This document shows, in pieces, positions 8,520 through 17,457 of a DNA stretch of 64,000 nucleotides. The stretch is from an uncultured Coprobacillus sp. GTDB lineage: Bacteria > Bacillota_I > Bacilli_A > ML615J-28 > CAG-698. Where the stretch lies: NCBI GenBank assembly GCA_964389905.1, contig CAYMGD010000006.1:1826-65825 (forward strand), read 5' to 3'. A program made the translations under genes and the position numbers. The notes beneath the pieces are model-generated. The model was not told where the DNA came from. It did not search any database and was given only the letters and a program-made list of their open reading frames with translations. Every line of letters begins with the position of its first letter. The stretch's first letter is position 1.

Positions 8520-10055
8520 TTATGCTTTCATAATGCATATAATGTCATTGTAAATTTCATCACTAATTTTTATGATATTTTTTCTCATTGTTTCAACTTT
8601 ATCTAAAATCTCTTTACTTTTCACTTTATCAATGGATTTTGCATTGATTAAAACATTCAAATATGCTCCATCAAAAGCTGCCATAAATAGTTTTGAGGCA
8701 ACACCAAAATCACTTATTAAATTTATGTTAAATTTATTATATATTTTCTTTAATAATAATACTGATTGATAGCAACATTCCATAACATTAAGTGGTGGCA
8801 TAATTGCCTCATATGTTGCTATTGCAATAGTTTTATTGCGTTTATCTGCTTCTTCTTGCGTTCCTTTAGGCATTTTATAAGCCCTTGATACAATCCCATA
8901 GGCTTTGATATCTTCTTCAACTAATTGATTTAATCTTGACATATATTTTTCAATTTCTTGAAGAGAATTATAAACATCTTCTTCAACATCTTTGTATTTT
9001 TCTTTGTTTTTGGTAAAATTACATACCATATTCATTAAGCCAGCACCTAAACTGCCAACTAATGCCGCAACAGAGCCACCACCTGGAGTTGGTTTATTAG
9101 ATGACAGTTCATCTAAAAAGTTATTTATTGAATTATCTAATATGCTTAGCGATTTGTAATCAATGCGATTTTCAATTATTCTATCGTTAATATTTACATC
9201 TAATTTAAGTTCATCGTTAAAGAAGTTTAATACAGCTTTCTTAGGAACTAAGCCAATTATTTCACAATTTAATACTTCAACATTTTTTTGTAAAGCAAGT
9301 TCTTTTATTTTATTATATACATCATAAATAGATGTAACTTCATAATTTGTTAGATTCATTGATACTTGAGCATAAGTCTTGTTATCATTATGTATTTCTA
9401 ACCCCAAAGCCTTAACACAAGGAAACCCACCATTTGATGCTCTAATTACTTCAGAGATGCTTCTAGCAAGGAAAACATCTTCTGTATTAAGGTTAACATT
9501 AAAAGCTATTAGAAAGTTTCGAGCTCCACAAGCTACAGCTCCAGCAGTTGGATGTTTATGGCTACCGTAATCAGGTAACCAATTAGGATCTTGCATTTTC
9601 TCATCTAAATGTTCAAATTCACCTTTGCGAATTGTTTCAAGTCTTTGTCGATATTCTTTAGGTTGCGAATATTCATACAAATATACTGGTAGAAAGCATT
9701 TTTCTGAAATAACTTGTGCAACTTCTTTTGATAAGTTAACAGCATCATCCATAGTTGCTGATTCTAAAGGAACAAAAGGCATAACATCAATTGCACCAAT
9801 ACGAGGATGGACACCATTATGTTTTGTTAGATCAATTTCAGAGACAGCTACTTCGGTTAACTTTATTGCAATATCTTTTATAGTTTCATAATCTCCTATT
9901 ATAGTTAGAACAGTTCGATTATGGCTTTTATCGCTTGAATAATCTAATAATTTTGCCTTAGTAGTTTCAACAGTTTTTATAAGTTTTGAGATAACAACCT
10001 CATCACTTGTACTAAAGTTAGGAATAAATTCATATATTTTTGTCAACATTTTCAC
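8520..10055 (-). CDS. Bifunctional glutamate formimidoyltransferase / formimidoyl-THF cyclodeaminase (fused FTCD)
   Basis: The N-terminal part has IPNFSTSDE, DKSHNRTVLT and HPRIGAIDVMPFVP (transferase). The C-terminal part has KPTPGGGSVAALVGSLGAGLMNMV (cyclodeaminase). The start is ambiguous between GTG at 10055 and ATG at 10049. Confidence 0.85.
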   Translation of the reverse strand: MKMLTKIYEFIPNFSTSDEVVISKLIKTVETTKAKLLDYSSDKSHNRTVLTIIGDYETIKDIAIKLTEVAVSEIDLTKHNGVHPRIGAIDVMPFVPLESATMDDAVNLSKEVAQVISEKCFLPVYLYEYSQPKEYRQRLETIRKGEFEHLDEKMQDPNWLPDYGSHKHPTAGAVACGARNFLIAFNVNLNTEDVFLARSISEVIRASNGGFPCVKALGLEIHNDNKTYAQVSMNLTNYEVTSIYDVYNKIKELALQKNVEVLNCEIIGLVPKKAVLNFFNDELKLDVNINDRIIENRIDYKSLSILDNSINNFLDELSSNKPTPGGGSVAALVGSLGAGLMNMVCNFTKNKEKYKDVEEDVYNSLQEIEKYMSRLNQLVEEDIKAYGIVSRAYKMPKGTQEEADKRNKTIAIATYEAIMPPLNVMECCYQSVLLLKKIYNKFNINLISDFGVASKLFMAAFDGAYLNVLINAKSIDKVKSKEILDKVETMRKNIIKISDEIYNDIICIMKA

Positions 10056-10078
10056 CTATAACTATTTATAATTGCTAA

Positions 10079-11338
10079 TTAGCTATTAGCAATTGCTAAA
10101 GCAGTTTTAATTAAAGTATCTTCTCCTTTAGCATAATCTTCATATGTTTGAAGTTTACTAATACTTGGGGAAAATACCATTGTTTCGTCCTTACTATAGT
10201 AGTCGAAATATTGTTGTGGGTAGGAAATTCTTAATCGTGAATTAGGAAGTGTGTAATATGCTTTATATCCAAAATAACTGCTTAATCCTCCTGTTGGGCT
10301 TCCAATGGTTGTAAAAGAATTACCGAGTGTAGCTACTAAATTAACAACAGCTACACCGTATGTTCCTTCGTTCACTAGAACAAATACATTCCCTCCATTA
10401 ACTTTATATTCAACTAACATTGCTGCTAAAGGAATAATTGTTTCTTGAAGTCCCCCTGGATTATTTCTTAAATCTAATATAACCGATTTAAAAATATTAG
10501 GTTGAGCAATACTGCGTACTTCTTCAGTGAATTTCTTTACTGATTTATTAGGATCATCGTTGCATACATTAAATTGAATGTAAATATAATCATCTTTTGT
10601 GTCTAAAGAATAATATTCGCCATTATATTCACTTATTAGCGCAGGTGCATTCTTTATAAAATTCATTTTTGAATAATCTGAATTCTTATAAGCCGAAAAA
10701 GTAACAATTTCTTCTTCACCATTGTATTCAAGACAAATTTTAACATATTTAGAAGATACAATTCCTGCACTCTTTAATAAGTCCCAGAAAACAATATTTT
10801 CTGAAGCCAAATATTTTTGTCTTGCCACAGTATCAGCACCAAAATAGTCCTTTAACTTTTCAACAACATCATCTATTTCCGTATCTTCAATTGCTTTTAT
10901 TTTCCAGCCAATATACTTAGAATAGTTTTCAGCCGCTTTATAAATAATATATCCTTCTTCAAACTTTTCCACTTCAAAAGGTAAATAATATCTATTAGCA
11001 TATCTTGTTGAGTCTAAAGTACTAGTTGTAGCATTATCACCAATAGATGCAACGATCTTCATCATTTCAAAGACGAAATCATCAGATGAAATAGTATCTA
11101 ACTTATCACTTAATGCTTCTATTTTTTCATCAAAATCTTTTGTATTTATTTTATGTGAATAATTAATGTGTTCTTTCTTTAATTTTTCTTTTAAAAGTTT
11201 TAAATCTTTTCTTTTTTCTTTGACAGTTAATTCATTAACTAATTTTCCATCGCCAGGTGTTGAATCTTTCAATTCTGTGCCACATGATATTGAAAAAAGG
11301 CAGATAAAGCATATTAAAATAATAAAATATTTCTTCAT
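10079..11338 (-). CDS. S41 family peptidase, secreted and possibly a lipoprotein
   Basis: The signal peptide ends in SISCG. The S41 signature ILDLRNNPGGL is present. Confidence 0.75.
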   Translation of the reverse strand: MKKYFIILICFICLFSISCGTELKDSTPGDGKLVNELTVKEKRKDLKLLKEKLKKEHINYSHKINTKDFDEKIEALSDKLDTISSDDFVFEMMKIVASIGDNATTSTLDSTRYANRYYLPFEVEKFEEGYIIYKAAENYSKYIGWKIKAIEDTEIDDVVEKLKDYFGADTVARQKYLASENIVFWDLLKSAGIVSSKYVKICLEYNGEEEIVTFSAYKNSDYSKMNFIKNAPALISEYNGEYYSLDTKDDYIYIQFNVCNDDPNKSVKKFTEEVRSIAQPNIFKSVILDLRNNPGGLQETIIPLAAMLVEYKVNGGNVFVLVNEGTYGVAVVNLVATLGNSFTTIGSPTGGLSSYFGYKAYYTLPNSRLRISYPQQYFDYYSKDETMVFSPSISKLQTYEDYAKGEDTLIKTALAIANS

Positions 11339-11383
11339 TTATAGTTATCCTCCAATGTTATTTTTATAATTACTATTATAAAT

Positions 11384-11412
11384 ATTATAATAGAAAACAC
11401 TAAAAAAGTCAA
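11384..11412 (-). promoter_or_regulatory. Promoter of the S41 peptidase gene (TTGACT-N17-TATAAT)
   Basis: The -35 is at 11407-11412 and the -10 at 11384-11389. Confidence 0.55.
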
Positions 11413-11537
11413 TTCTTAAGAAACTATTGTTAGTACTTTTTTTTAGAAAAGTTTATTATTTGTGCATTGTATTGTGTATTTTATAGATGTTTTTATTCTT
11501 ATTTCAAATTTAACAAAATAAGCATTTATAGAACTAT

Positions 11538-11564
11538 AAAAAAAGAGTTATGACTAATCATAAC
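11538..11564 (-). terminator. Intrinsic terminator closing the mraZ-rsmH unit
   Basis: GTTATGA-TTAG-TCATAAC is followed by CTCTTTTTTT. A second hairpin, GAATAGAAAT-TGAGC-ATTTCTATTC, lies at 11573-11597. Confidence 0.65.
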
Positions 11565-11625
11565 CCTAATTTGAATAGAAATGCTCAATTTCTATTCACT
11601 TCGTAAAATATTGCGCTCAAAGTAA

Positions 11626-11673
11626 TTATTTTCTAACTGGTTTATTTGTTGGTTTTGGTAATGGTCTAAACAT
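11626..11673 (-). CDS. Possible 15-codon proline-rich mini-ORF (MFRPLPKPTNKPVRK)
   Basis: The ATG at 11673 is preceded by a GGAGGT RBS (11679-11684) with 5-nt spacing, 43 nt downstream of the rsmH stop. There is no homology evidence. Confidence 0.25.
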   Translation of the reverse strand: MFRPLPKPTNKPVRK

Positions 11674-11716
11674 ATTATACCTCCATTATATTTTCTTTTG
11701 TTATTATATTATATTC

Positions 11717-12664
11717 TTATAGTTTCTCAATTATTCGTAATTTTGCACTATGAGAACGATGATTCTCATCTAATTCTTTTTCTGATGCAATAATTGGTTT
11801 TTTTGTTATAATTTTATATTGATAAACTATCTCTGCGTCCTTAACAGGCAAACCACGAGGAATATTTGGCTCAGTTACTTCTTTAAATATTTGTTTACAT
11901 ATTCTATCTTCTAAAGAATGGAATGTTATCACACATATTCTTCCGCCTTGTTTCAGCATATTTAAACTATCTCTTAAAGATTTTTCAAATACATTAAGTT
12001 CATCATTTACTGCAATTCGTAGAGCCTGAAAGACTTGTTTTGCTGGGTGTCCTTTTTGTCTTAATACTTTTGCTGGAAGTGATTTTTTTATTATCTCAAC
12101 AAGATCAAATGTTGTTTCAATTGGCTTAATTGTGCGTTCTTTAACTATATTTTTAGCTATTTGTGAACTAAATTTTTCTTCGCCATATGTGTAAAATATT
12201 TTTTTCAATTCTTCATATGAATACTCATTAACTATATCATAAGCTGAAATTTTTTGTGAAGTATTCATTCTCATATCGAGATGTGAATCAAAGTTGTAAC
12301 TAAATCCTCTTTCAGGTGTATCTAATTGAAAAGATGAGACACCTAAATCATAAAGTATTCCATCAACCTTGTTAACAGATTCTTCTTCTAAAGCATTCTT
12401 TATATTAACAAAGTTTAACTGAAATATAGTAAAATTGGAAGATACGCTAGCAAGCTTTTCTTGCCCTTTCTTTCGCGTTTGCTCGTCTTGTTCGAAACAA
12501 TAGAGCCATCCTTCTTTGATTTTTTCAAGTATTCGGCTTGCATGGCCACCACCTCCTAAAGTGCAATCTACATATATGCCATTACTTTTGATATTTAATC
12601 CGTCTATTACTTCATTCAACAAAACTGGAATATGCCCTTGTGAATTATTTATATTTTTGTTCAT
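11717..12664 (-). CDS. rsmH: 16S rRNA (cytosine1402-N4)-methyltransferase
   Basis: HIPVLLNEV, DCTLGGGGH and DLGVSSFQLD motifs are present, and the gene follows mraZ. Confidence 0.95.
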   Translation of the reverse strand: MNKNINNSQGHIPVLLNEVIDGLNIKSNGIYVDCTLGGGGHASRILEKIKEGWLYCFEQDEQTRKKGQEKLASVSSNFTIFQLNFVNIKNALEEESVNKVDGILYDLGVSSFQLDTPERGFSYNFDSHLDMRMNTSQKISAYDIVNEYSYEELKKIFYTYGEEKFSSQIAKNIVKERTIKPIETTFDLVEIIKKSLPAKVLRQKGHPAKQVFQALRIAVNDELNVFEKSLRDSLNMLKQGGRICVITFHSLEDRICKQIFKEVTEPNIPRGLPVKDAEIVYQYKIITKKPIIASEKELDENHRSHSAKLRIIEKL

Positions 12665-12686
12665 AAGTTCCTTTCTTACAATTTTG

Positions 12687-13136
12687 TTAGAAATTTGTAT
12701 TATCTTGTGCTATTTTTTCGCTTAATTCCATAAGCATTGCATCACGATTTTCTTCCATCTTATCCCATTCTTCTTGTGACCAAATTTCAATTACTTTATT
12801 GGCTCCAATTATAACGCATGCTTTATTATCAGAAGAAATATTAGCATGTTTTCTTAAAACATCATCTAAGTTAATTCGTCCCTGAGAATCGAATTGCTTA
12901 TAAAAGGCAGATGACATATATAGACGAGAATAATTACGACTATCTTTTTTATTATATGAAAGTGATGATAATTCATTTTCCACAAATTCATTCCATTCGT
13001 TTATTGGATAAATAGTGATACATTTCTCAAAGCCCTTATTTACTACAATTTGCGTACCTAGTTCTCTTCTATAGTCAGCAGGTATAATAATTCTATTTTT
13101 TTCATCTAAGTTGTATTTATATTGTCCAATAAACAT
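12687..13136 (-). CDS. mraZ: Transcriptional regulator MraZ
   Basis: MFIGQYKYNLDEKNRIIIP and DSQGRINL give the two DxxxR repeats. I moved the start to the ATG at 13136. Confidence 0.9.
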   Translation of the reverse strand: MFIGQYKYNLDEKNRIIIPADYRRELGTQIVVNKGFEKCITIYPINEWNEFVENELSSLSYNKKDSRNYSRLYMSSAFYKQFDSQGRINLDDVLRKHANISSDNKACVIIGANKVIEIWSQEEWDKMEENRDAMLMELSEKIAQDNTNF

Positions 13137-13143
13137 AAGGTAT

Positions 13144-13219
13144 CTCCACTTTTCACCACTTTTTAACACAAAATACCATTTGTTAACACTATTTTACACT
13201 ATATTTCCCCAAAATGCAA
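13144..13219 (-). promoter_or_regulatory. mraZ promoter (TTGCAT-N17-TAAAAT) plus six (A/T)GTG(G/T)-type boxes phased at exactly 10 nt, the probable MraZ operator
   Basis: The -35 is at 13214-13219 and the -10 at 13191-13196. On the minus strand, GTG cores start at 13199, 13189, (ATG) 13179, 13169, 13159 and 13149. The last two read AAAGTGGTG and AAAGTGGAG. Confidence 0.6.
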
Positions 13220-13298
13220 GTATTTTTTTATTTTTTTTAAAATTATTTTAAAAAATCTAGCACATAAGCTAGTATTATATTTAAGATAATAATTATAC

Positions 13299-13334
13299 AA
13301 AAAAAAGACGCTTAACTAATATAGTTAAGTCGTC
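13299..13334 (-). terminator. Intrinsic terminator after adh
   Basis: The stem GACGACTTAACTA/TAGTTAAGCGTC is followed by T8. Confidence 0.75.
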
Positions 13335-13361
13335 CTTTTATGAGTGTTATATCAGTGTTTG

Positions 13362-14423
13362 TTATTTCTCAATTATAACTAATGGTTTGATTAAATCACG
13401 TGGTTTATCCTTCATAAGCATTAAAGCAGGTTCAACGTTTTCTAATCCAACGAATCTATGTGTTACAAGTCTTTCTGGATGAATACGACCAGCCATAACA
13501 AGGCTTGCTAGTTTTTCCATACGTAATCTTCCACCAGGCATTAAACCACCACGGATTTGTTTGTGACCCATTCCACAGCCCCATTCAGTTCTAGGAATCT
13601 TAATATAATCACCATCGCCTAAGTAGTTTACATTACCAATAATTCCACCAGGTTTAAGCATTCTAATTGCTTGATCAAATGTATCATTATCGCCACCAGC
13701 AATTACTATTTTATCTACACCTTTATTATTAGTTTTAGCCATAATTTGTTCAACGATATCGCCTTCTTTGTAGTTGATGATTTCAGTTGCGCCAAATTCT
13801 AAAGCTAAGTCTGCACAATTCTTTCTTGAACCAACAGCATAAATTTTTGAAGCACCACGAATTGCAGCACCAGCAACAGCCATAAGTCCAACTGGGCCAA
13901 TACCAATAACAGCAACTGTATCACCAAATTGGATATCAGCAAGTTCAACACCATGGAAACCTGTAGGAACCATATCAGCTAGCATACAAGCTGCAGCTAA
14001 ATCCATTCCTTCTGGTAAATGAGCTAGATTACCATCTGCATCATTAACATGGAAATATTCAGCAAATACACCATCTTTAAAGTTAGAGAATTTCCATCCT
14101 GAAAGCATACCACCAGAATGCATTGCAAATCCTCCTTGAGCTTCTAAAGAATTCCAGTCAGGAGTTATTGCGGCAATCAATACACGGTCACCAGGTTTGA
14201 AGTCTTTTACTTCTGAACCAACTTCAACAACTTCACCAACAGCTTCATGTCCTAAAATCATTTCATGTCTATCACCAATTGCTCCAGCCCAAACTGTATG
14301 TACATCTGATGTACAAGGAGCAAGTGCAAGTGGTTTACAAATAGCATCTGTTGGTCCACAAACTGGTTTATTTTTTTCTACCCAACCTGTTTCACCTATT
14401 TTCATCATTGCAAAACCTTTCAT
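13362..14423 (-). CDS. adh: Zinc-dependent NADP-dependent secondary (isopropanol-type) alcohol dehydrogenase
   Basis: The protein aligns along its full length with the TbADH/CbADH group as I recall it (MKGFAM..., CTSDVHTV, GHEAVGEVVEVGSEVKDFKPGDRV, GIGPVGLMAVAGA, LMKDKPRDLIKP). Confidence 0.85.
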   Translation of the reverse strand: MKGFAMMKIGETGWVEKNKPVCGPTDAICKPLALAPCTSDVHTVWAGAIGDRHEMILGHEAVGEVVEVGSEVKDFKPGDRVLIAAITPDWNSLEAQGGFAMHSGGMLSGWKFSNFKDGVFAEYFHVNDADGNLAHLPEGMDLAAACMLADMVPTGFHGVELADIQFGDTVAVIGIGPVGLMAVAGAAIRGASKIYAVGSRKNCADLALEFGATEIINYKEGDIVEQIMAKTNNKGVDKIVIAGGDNDTFDQAIRMLKPGGIIGNVNYLGDGDYIKIPRTEWGCGMGHKQIRGGLMPGGRLRMEKLASLVMAGRIHPERLVTHRFVGLENVEPALMLMKDKPRDLIKPLVIIEK

Positions 14424-14620
14424 TTTTGTACCTCCTTAGTATAAATTTTATAAAATGTTTTACATATTTTTACTGTATAATTATATCGAATTATTGATTT
14501 AAAAACAATATATTTTGCTATACGTTTTTTTAAATTAATCATATCAAAAAATATATAGCTATAATTATTATTGTCTAAAGCTCTAAAAATATACTTATTT
14601 ACTTTAAACTCTAAAAGCAT

Positions 14621-14651
14621 AAAAAAAGTACTCATTCACGAGTACTTTTTT
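14621..14651 (-). terminator. Intrinsic terminator after rpmF (bidirectional shape)
   Basis: A7-GTACTC-ATTCAC-GAGTAC-T6. Confidence 0.75.
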
Positions 14652-14672
14652 ATTAGAAAATTAAACAATCAA

Positions 14673-14990
14673 TTACTTGTCTTCTTCAGATTTTTTAGGT
14701 CTTTTAACTTTCACTTCATTGTTTTCTTTAGCTTCTCCTGCTTCAGCTTTCTTAGATGATTTTTTAGGTTTTTTAGTTTCTTTTACTTCTTGTTCTTTTT
14801 CTTCAAGAGCTTTAGGAGCTTTAACTAATTTACCATCATAATAACCACAAGATTCGCAAACAACATGAGCAAGCTTAATGTCGCCACAATTAGGGCATAC
14901 CATCATACTAGGTCCTTCTAGTTTGAAATGGCTACGACGTTGACGTTTTCTAGTTTTAGAGATACGTCTTTGTGGAGCAATTGCACCCAT
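14673..14990 (-). CDS. rpmF: 50S ribosomal protein L32 with a C-terminal Lys/Glu-rich extension of about 48 aa
   Basis: [17 protein letters not shown] and the CPNCG...CESCG zinc ribbon are present. The tail from about residue 58 is [22 protein letters not shown]... Confidence 0.9.
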   Translation of the reverse strand: MGAIAPQRRISKTRKRQRRSHFKLEGPSMMVCPNCGDIKLAHVVCESCGYYDGKLVKAPKALEEKEQEVKETKKPKKSSKKAEAGEAKENNEVKVKRPKKSEEDK

Positions 14991-15004
14991 TTTAATTCAC
15001 CTCT

Positions 15005-15397
15005 TTACTCTGTAGTAGTTTTACTTTTAGTAATGCTTATGGGCTTTTCTAATAAAACATTTTCCCAAATGATATCATACAAATCAATTGTATTCTTTTC
15101 AATAAAACGAGCATCTTCATCATCTTTGTCTTTTGAAAACACTTCTTTAACCTCTAAATCGATTGGAAATTCAACTTCTTCTAATGTCCATGCATCTTCT
15201 AAATACATAACTGTATGTATCTTCAAATTAAAGATAAAACAATCATCCATAGAAGCTTTGCAAGTTCCAGAACAAGTCACATCATCCATTCTTATTATAT
15301 CGTTAATGTTTTTCACATATTCATTATAATTAACTGTGCCATCAAACACTAACGGCTCATTAATATAACGATAAAGTTGTTGTACTGACCATTTCAT
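15005..15397 (-). CDS. yceD: YceD/DUF177 family protein
   Basis: The 130-aa acidic protein sits immediately upstream of rpmF, which is the conserved yceD-rpmF arrangement. Confidence 0.7.
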   Translation of the reverse strand: MKWSVQQLYRYINEPLVFDGTVNYNEYVKNINDIIRMDDVTCSGTCKASMDDCFIFNLKIHTVMYLEDAWTLEEVEFPIDLEVKEVFSKDKDDEDARFIEKNTIDLYDIIWENVLLEKPISITKSKTTTE

Positions 15398-15507
15398 AGG
15401 GAATCACCATAACATATATATTATACAACTTTTTATTTGATTTGTAAAGATAATTTTTTAGTTGTGTTAATACTTTTTCTATATATAATAATTTAAATAA
15501 ATCCTTC

Positions 15508-15533
15508 ATAAATAAAAAGCCAATAAAGGCTTT
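15508..15533 (-). terminator. Intrinsic terminator after the aminotransferase gene
   Basis: AAAGCC-TTTATT-GGCTTT is followed by TTATTTAT. Confidence 0.6.
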
Positions 15534-15547
15534 CTATTAATTTTATA

Positions 15548-16786
15548 TTATTTATAAAGATCAATAACTTCTTTAATTTTCTTTGCTAAACCTTCAATAT
15601 CTTTAACTGGCATTGAACAAATAGCCACGCGAACACTCTTTGCTGTTGGTAAAAGATATATTTTGCGTTTCTTTAGTTCTTCAATTACTTGGTTTTCATT
15701 ATTGCATGGAATAGTAATAAAGAAACCGCTTTGATAAGGATATACCTTTAATCCAATTTCTTTTGCTTCCTTAAGGAATAATGAACTACGTTTATCAAGT
15801 AAATCAACTACCACTTGTAATTCTTTATTTAATTCATTAACAAGTTCAGGATTTTTGTCAACTTTGCATACTAAGCTAACCATACCTTTATTACAATTAC
15901 TCCATGTATTTCTTGCTGTAAAGTTTGCCGCATTAAATAAATCAATTACATTCTTTTCATCTTTACCAAGAATAACTTGAGCACCTAATCTTTGTCCATA
16001 AATAAAATATGTTTTTGAAAAGCTTAAAGCAACTGAAACTAAAACATTTTCGGCACACTTTGTAAATAGTTTAAGTTTTTCTCTTGTTTTATACATTCCA
16101 TCAACAGACATATCCATATAAGCACAATCATATACCATAACACATGGTACTTTTGTTGAGTTTAGATAATTAATTAATTCTTCTAATTCTTCTGGTGTCA
16201 TAGAATATCCTGTTGGATTATTACAAGGATCATTTAAGAAAAATACTAACTTGCCTTGTTTGGCAATAATTTCATTTCCTTTTTCGATGAAACCTTTCAT
16301 ATTAAATTTATCACCATCAAACAAGAAATAGCTATCAACATTAATTCCTCTATGAGTAGCGATACCTATGTATGGTCCCCAACATGGACTTGGAATTAAA
16401 AGAGTTTCACCTGGATCTAAGCAGTTATAGCAGCCACTAACTAAAGCTCCAGTTCCACCAGGAGTTGGAATACATCTTATAAACATTTCTTTTTCGATAT
16501 CTTTACGAACATGTTTAAAAAGATGATTTACAGCTGCTTCATGAAAATCTTTACCACCATCGCTTGTTGAATAAAGATATACCTCATCATCTTTTAATGT
16601 TTTAAAAACGTCTTTAACTATTTGGTGAGTACTAAAAGAACCATCTTCGTAATAAAATGTTCCTAGTGTTCCATCAATAATAGATGGGTCAAGTTTTTTT
16701 GCTGCTTTCGCTTCGGAAGAAATTTGAAATCCGTCACTTTTTAGAATTTTACCATCGGCATGTTTTGATATTGTTTTATATTGCAT
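15548..16786 (-). CDS. Class I/II pyridoxal-phosphate aminotransferase (aspartate/aromatic type)
   Basis: The protein has an aminotransferase fold and the SFSKTY PLP-lysine motif. I moved the start to the ATG at 16786, which has a GGAG RBS; the track start is TTG. Confidence 0.85.
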   Translation of the reverse strand: MQYKTISKHADGKILKSDGFQISSEAKAAKKLDPSIIDGTLGTFYYEDGSFSTHQIVKDVFKTLKDDEVYLYSTSDGGKDFHEAAVNHLFKHVRKDIEKEMFIRCIPTPGGTGALVSGCYNCLDPGETLLIPSPCWGPYIGIATHRGINVDSYFLFDGDKFNMKGFIEKGNEIIAKQGKLVFFLNDPCNNPTGYSMTPEELEELINYLNSTKVPCVMVYDCAYMDMSVDGMYKTREKLKLFTKCAENVLVSVALSFSKTYFIYGQRLGAQVILGKDEKNVIDLFNAANFTARNTWSNCNKGMVSLVCKVDKNPELVNELNKELQVVVDLLDKRSSLFLKEAKEIGLKVYPYQSGFFITIPCNNENQVIEELKKRKIYLLPTAKSVRVAICSMPVKDIEGLAKKIKEVIDLYK

Positions 16787-16787
16787 A

Positions 16788-17342
16788 TTATTTATTCTCC
16801 ATTTCAAAATATTTTTTACATTTTAACATTAAACAAACTGTTTTAGCATCGCAAATAATTCCTTTTTCTATCATTTCATTTGCTTCTTCATATTCCATAT
16901 CAATCACATCAAGGAATTCACCTTCATCAAGATTTTGTTTGCTTTCTTGATATTCATCAACATAATAAAGGTAAAGAACTTCCGTTGATATGCCTGGGCT
17001 AACAAATATTTTACCCATTTCAAAAACTCTTGTTGGTATTACGCCAACTTCTTCCTCCACTTCACGAATAATTGCGTGTAGTGGTTCTTCCCCCTTTTCA
17101 AGCTTTCCAGCAGGAAGTTCAATGAGTTCAGAGGAGAAAGCATATCTATACTGCTTAACAAAAGGTATTTTGCCACTCTTTAGTTTTACAAGAGCACACA
17201 CTCCACCATTATGATGAACAACTTCTCTTATTGATGTTCTTGTACTATCTCCATTATTTATAGAGATAGTATCCAAGGTGACGTCAATTATATGCCCTTT
17301 ATATATTATTTTTTGATTAATTTGTTTTTCTAGTGCTGCCAT
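16788..17342 (-). CDS. NUDIX hydrolase (ADP-ribose pyrophosphatase type)
   Basis: The Nudix box GKLEKGEEPLHAIIREVEEEVG is present. Confidence 0.85.
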   Translation of the reverse strand: MAALEKQINQKIIYKGHIIDVTLDTISINNGDSTRTSIREVVHHNGGVCALVKLKSGKIPFVKQYRYAFSSELIELPAGKLEKGEEPLHAIIREVEEEVGVIPTRVFEMGKIFVSPGISTEVLYLYYVDEYQESKQNLDEGEFLDVIDMEYEEANEMIEKGIICDAKTVCLMLKCKKYFEMENK

Positions 17343-17422
17343 AAAAACCTCTTTTTCTAATAATTATATCACTACCTTCAAATAAAATAAATATAAAATT
17401 TAAAATTAATATAATTTTTATC

Positions 17423-17450
17423 AAAAAAAACTTGAAGGATTAGTTCAAGT
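17423..17450 (-). terminator. Intrinsic terminator after the 305-aa gene
   Basis: ACTTGAA-CTAATCC-TTCAAGT is followed by T8. Confidence 0.75.
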
Positions 17451-17457
17451 ATTTATC

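Noticed and set aside
13362-14423. The secondary alcohol dehydrogenase as a horizontally acquired island.
   Set aside because: The gene looks more GC-rich than the intergenic DNA, but not more so than other conserved, highly expressed genes here (pckA, pnp). No mobile-element scars flank it. I cannot compute composition statistics to support the idea.
14420-14635. A 71-aa minus-strand ORF in the adh upstream region.
   Set aside because: The product is a low-complexity AT-rich translation. The ORF starts inside the rpmF terminator hairpin and has no RBS. The region is better explained as the adh promoter and 5' UTR.
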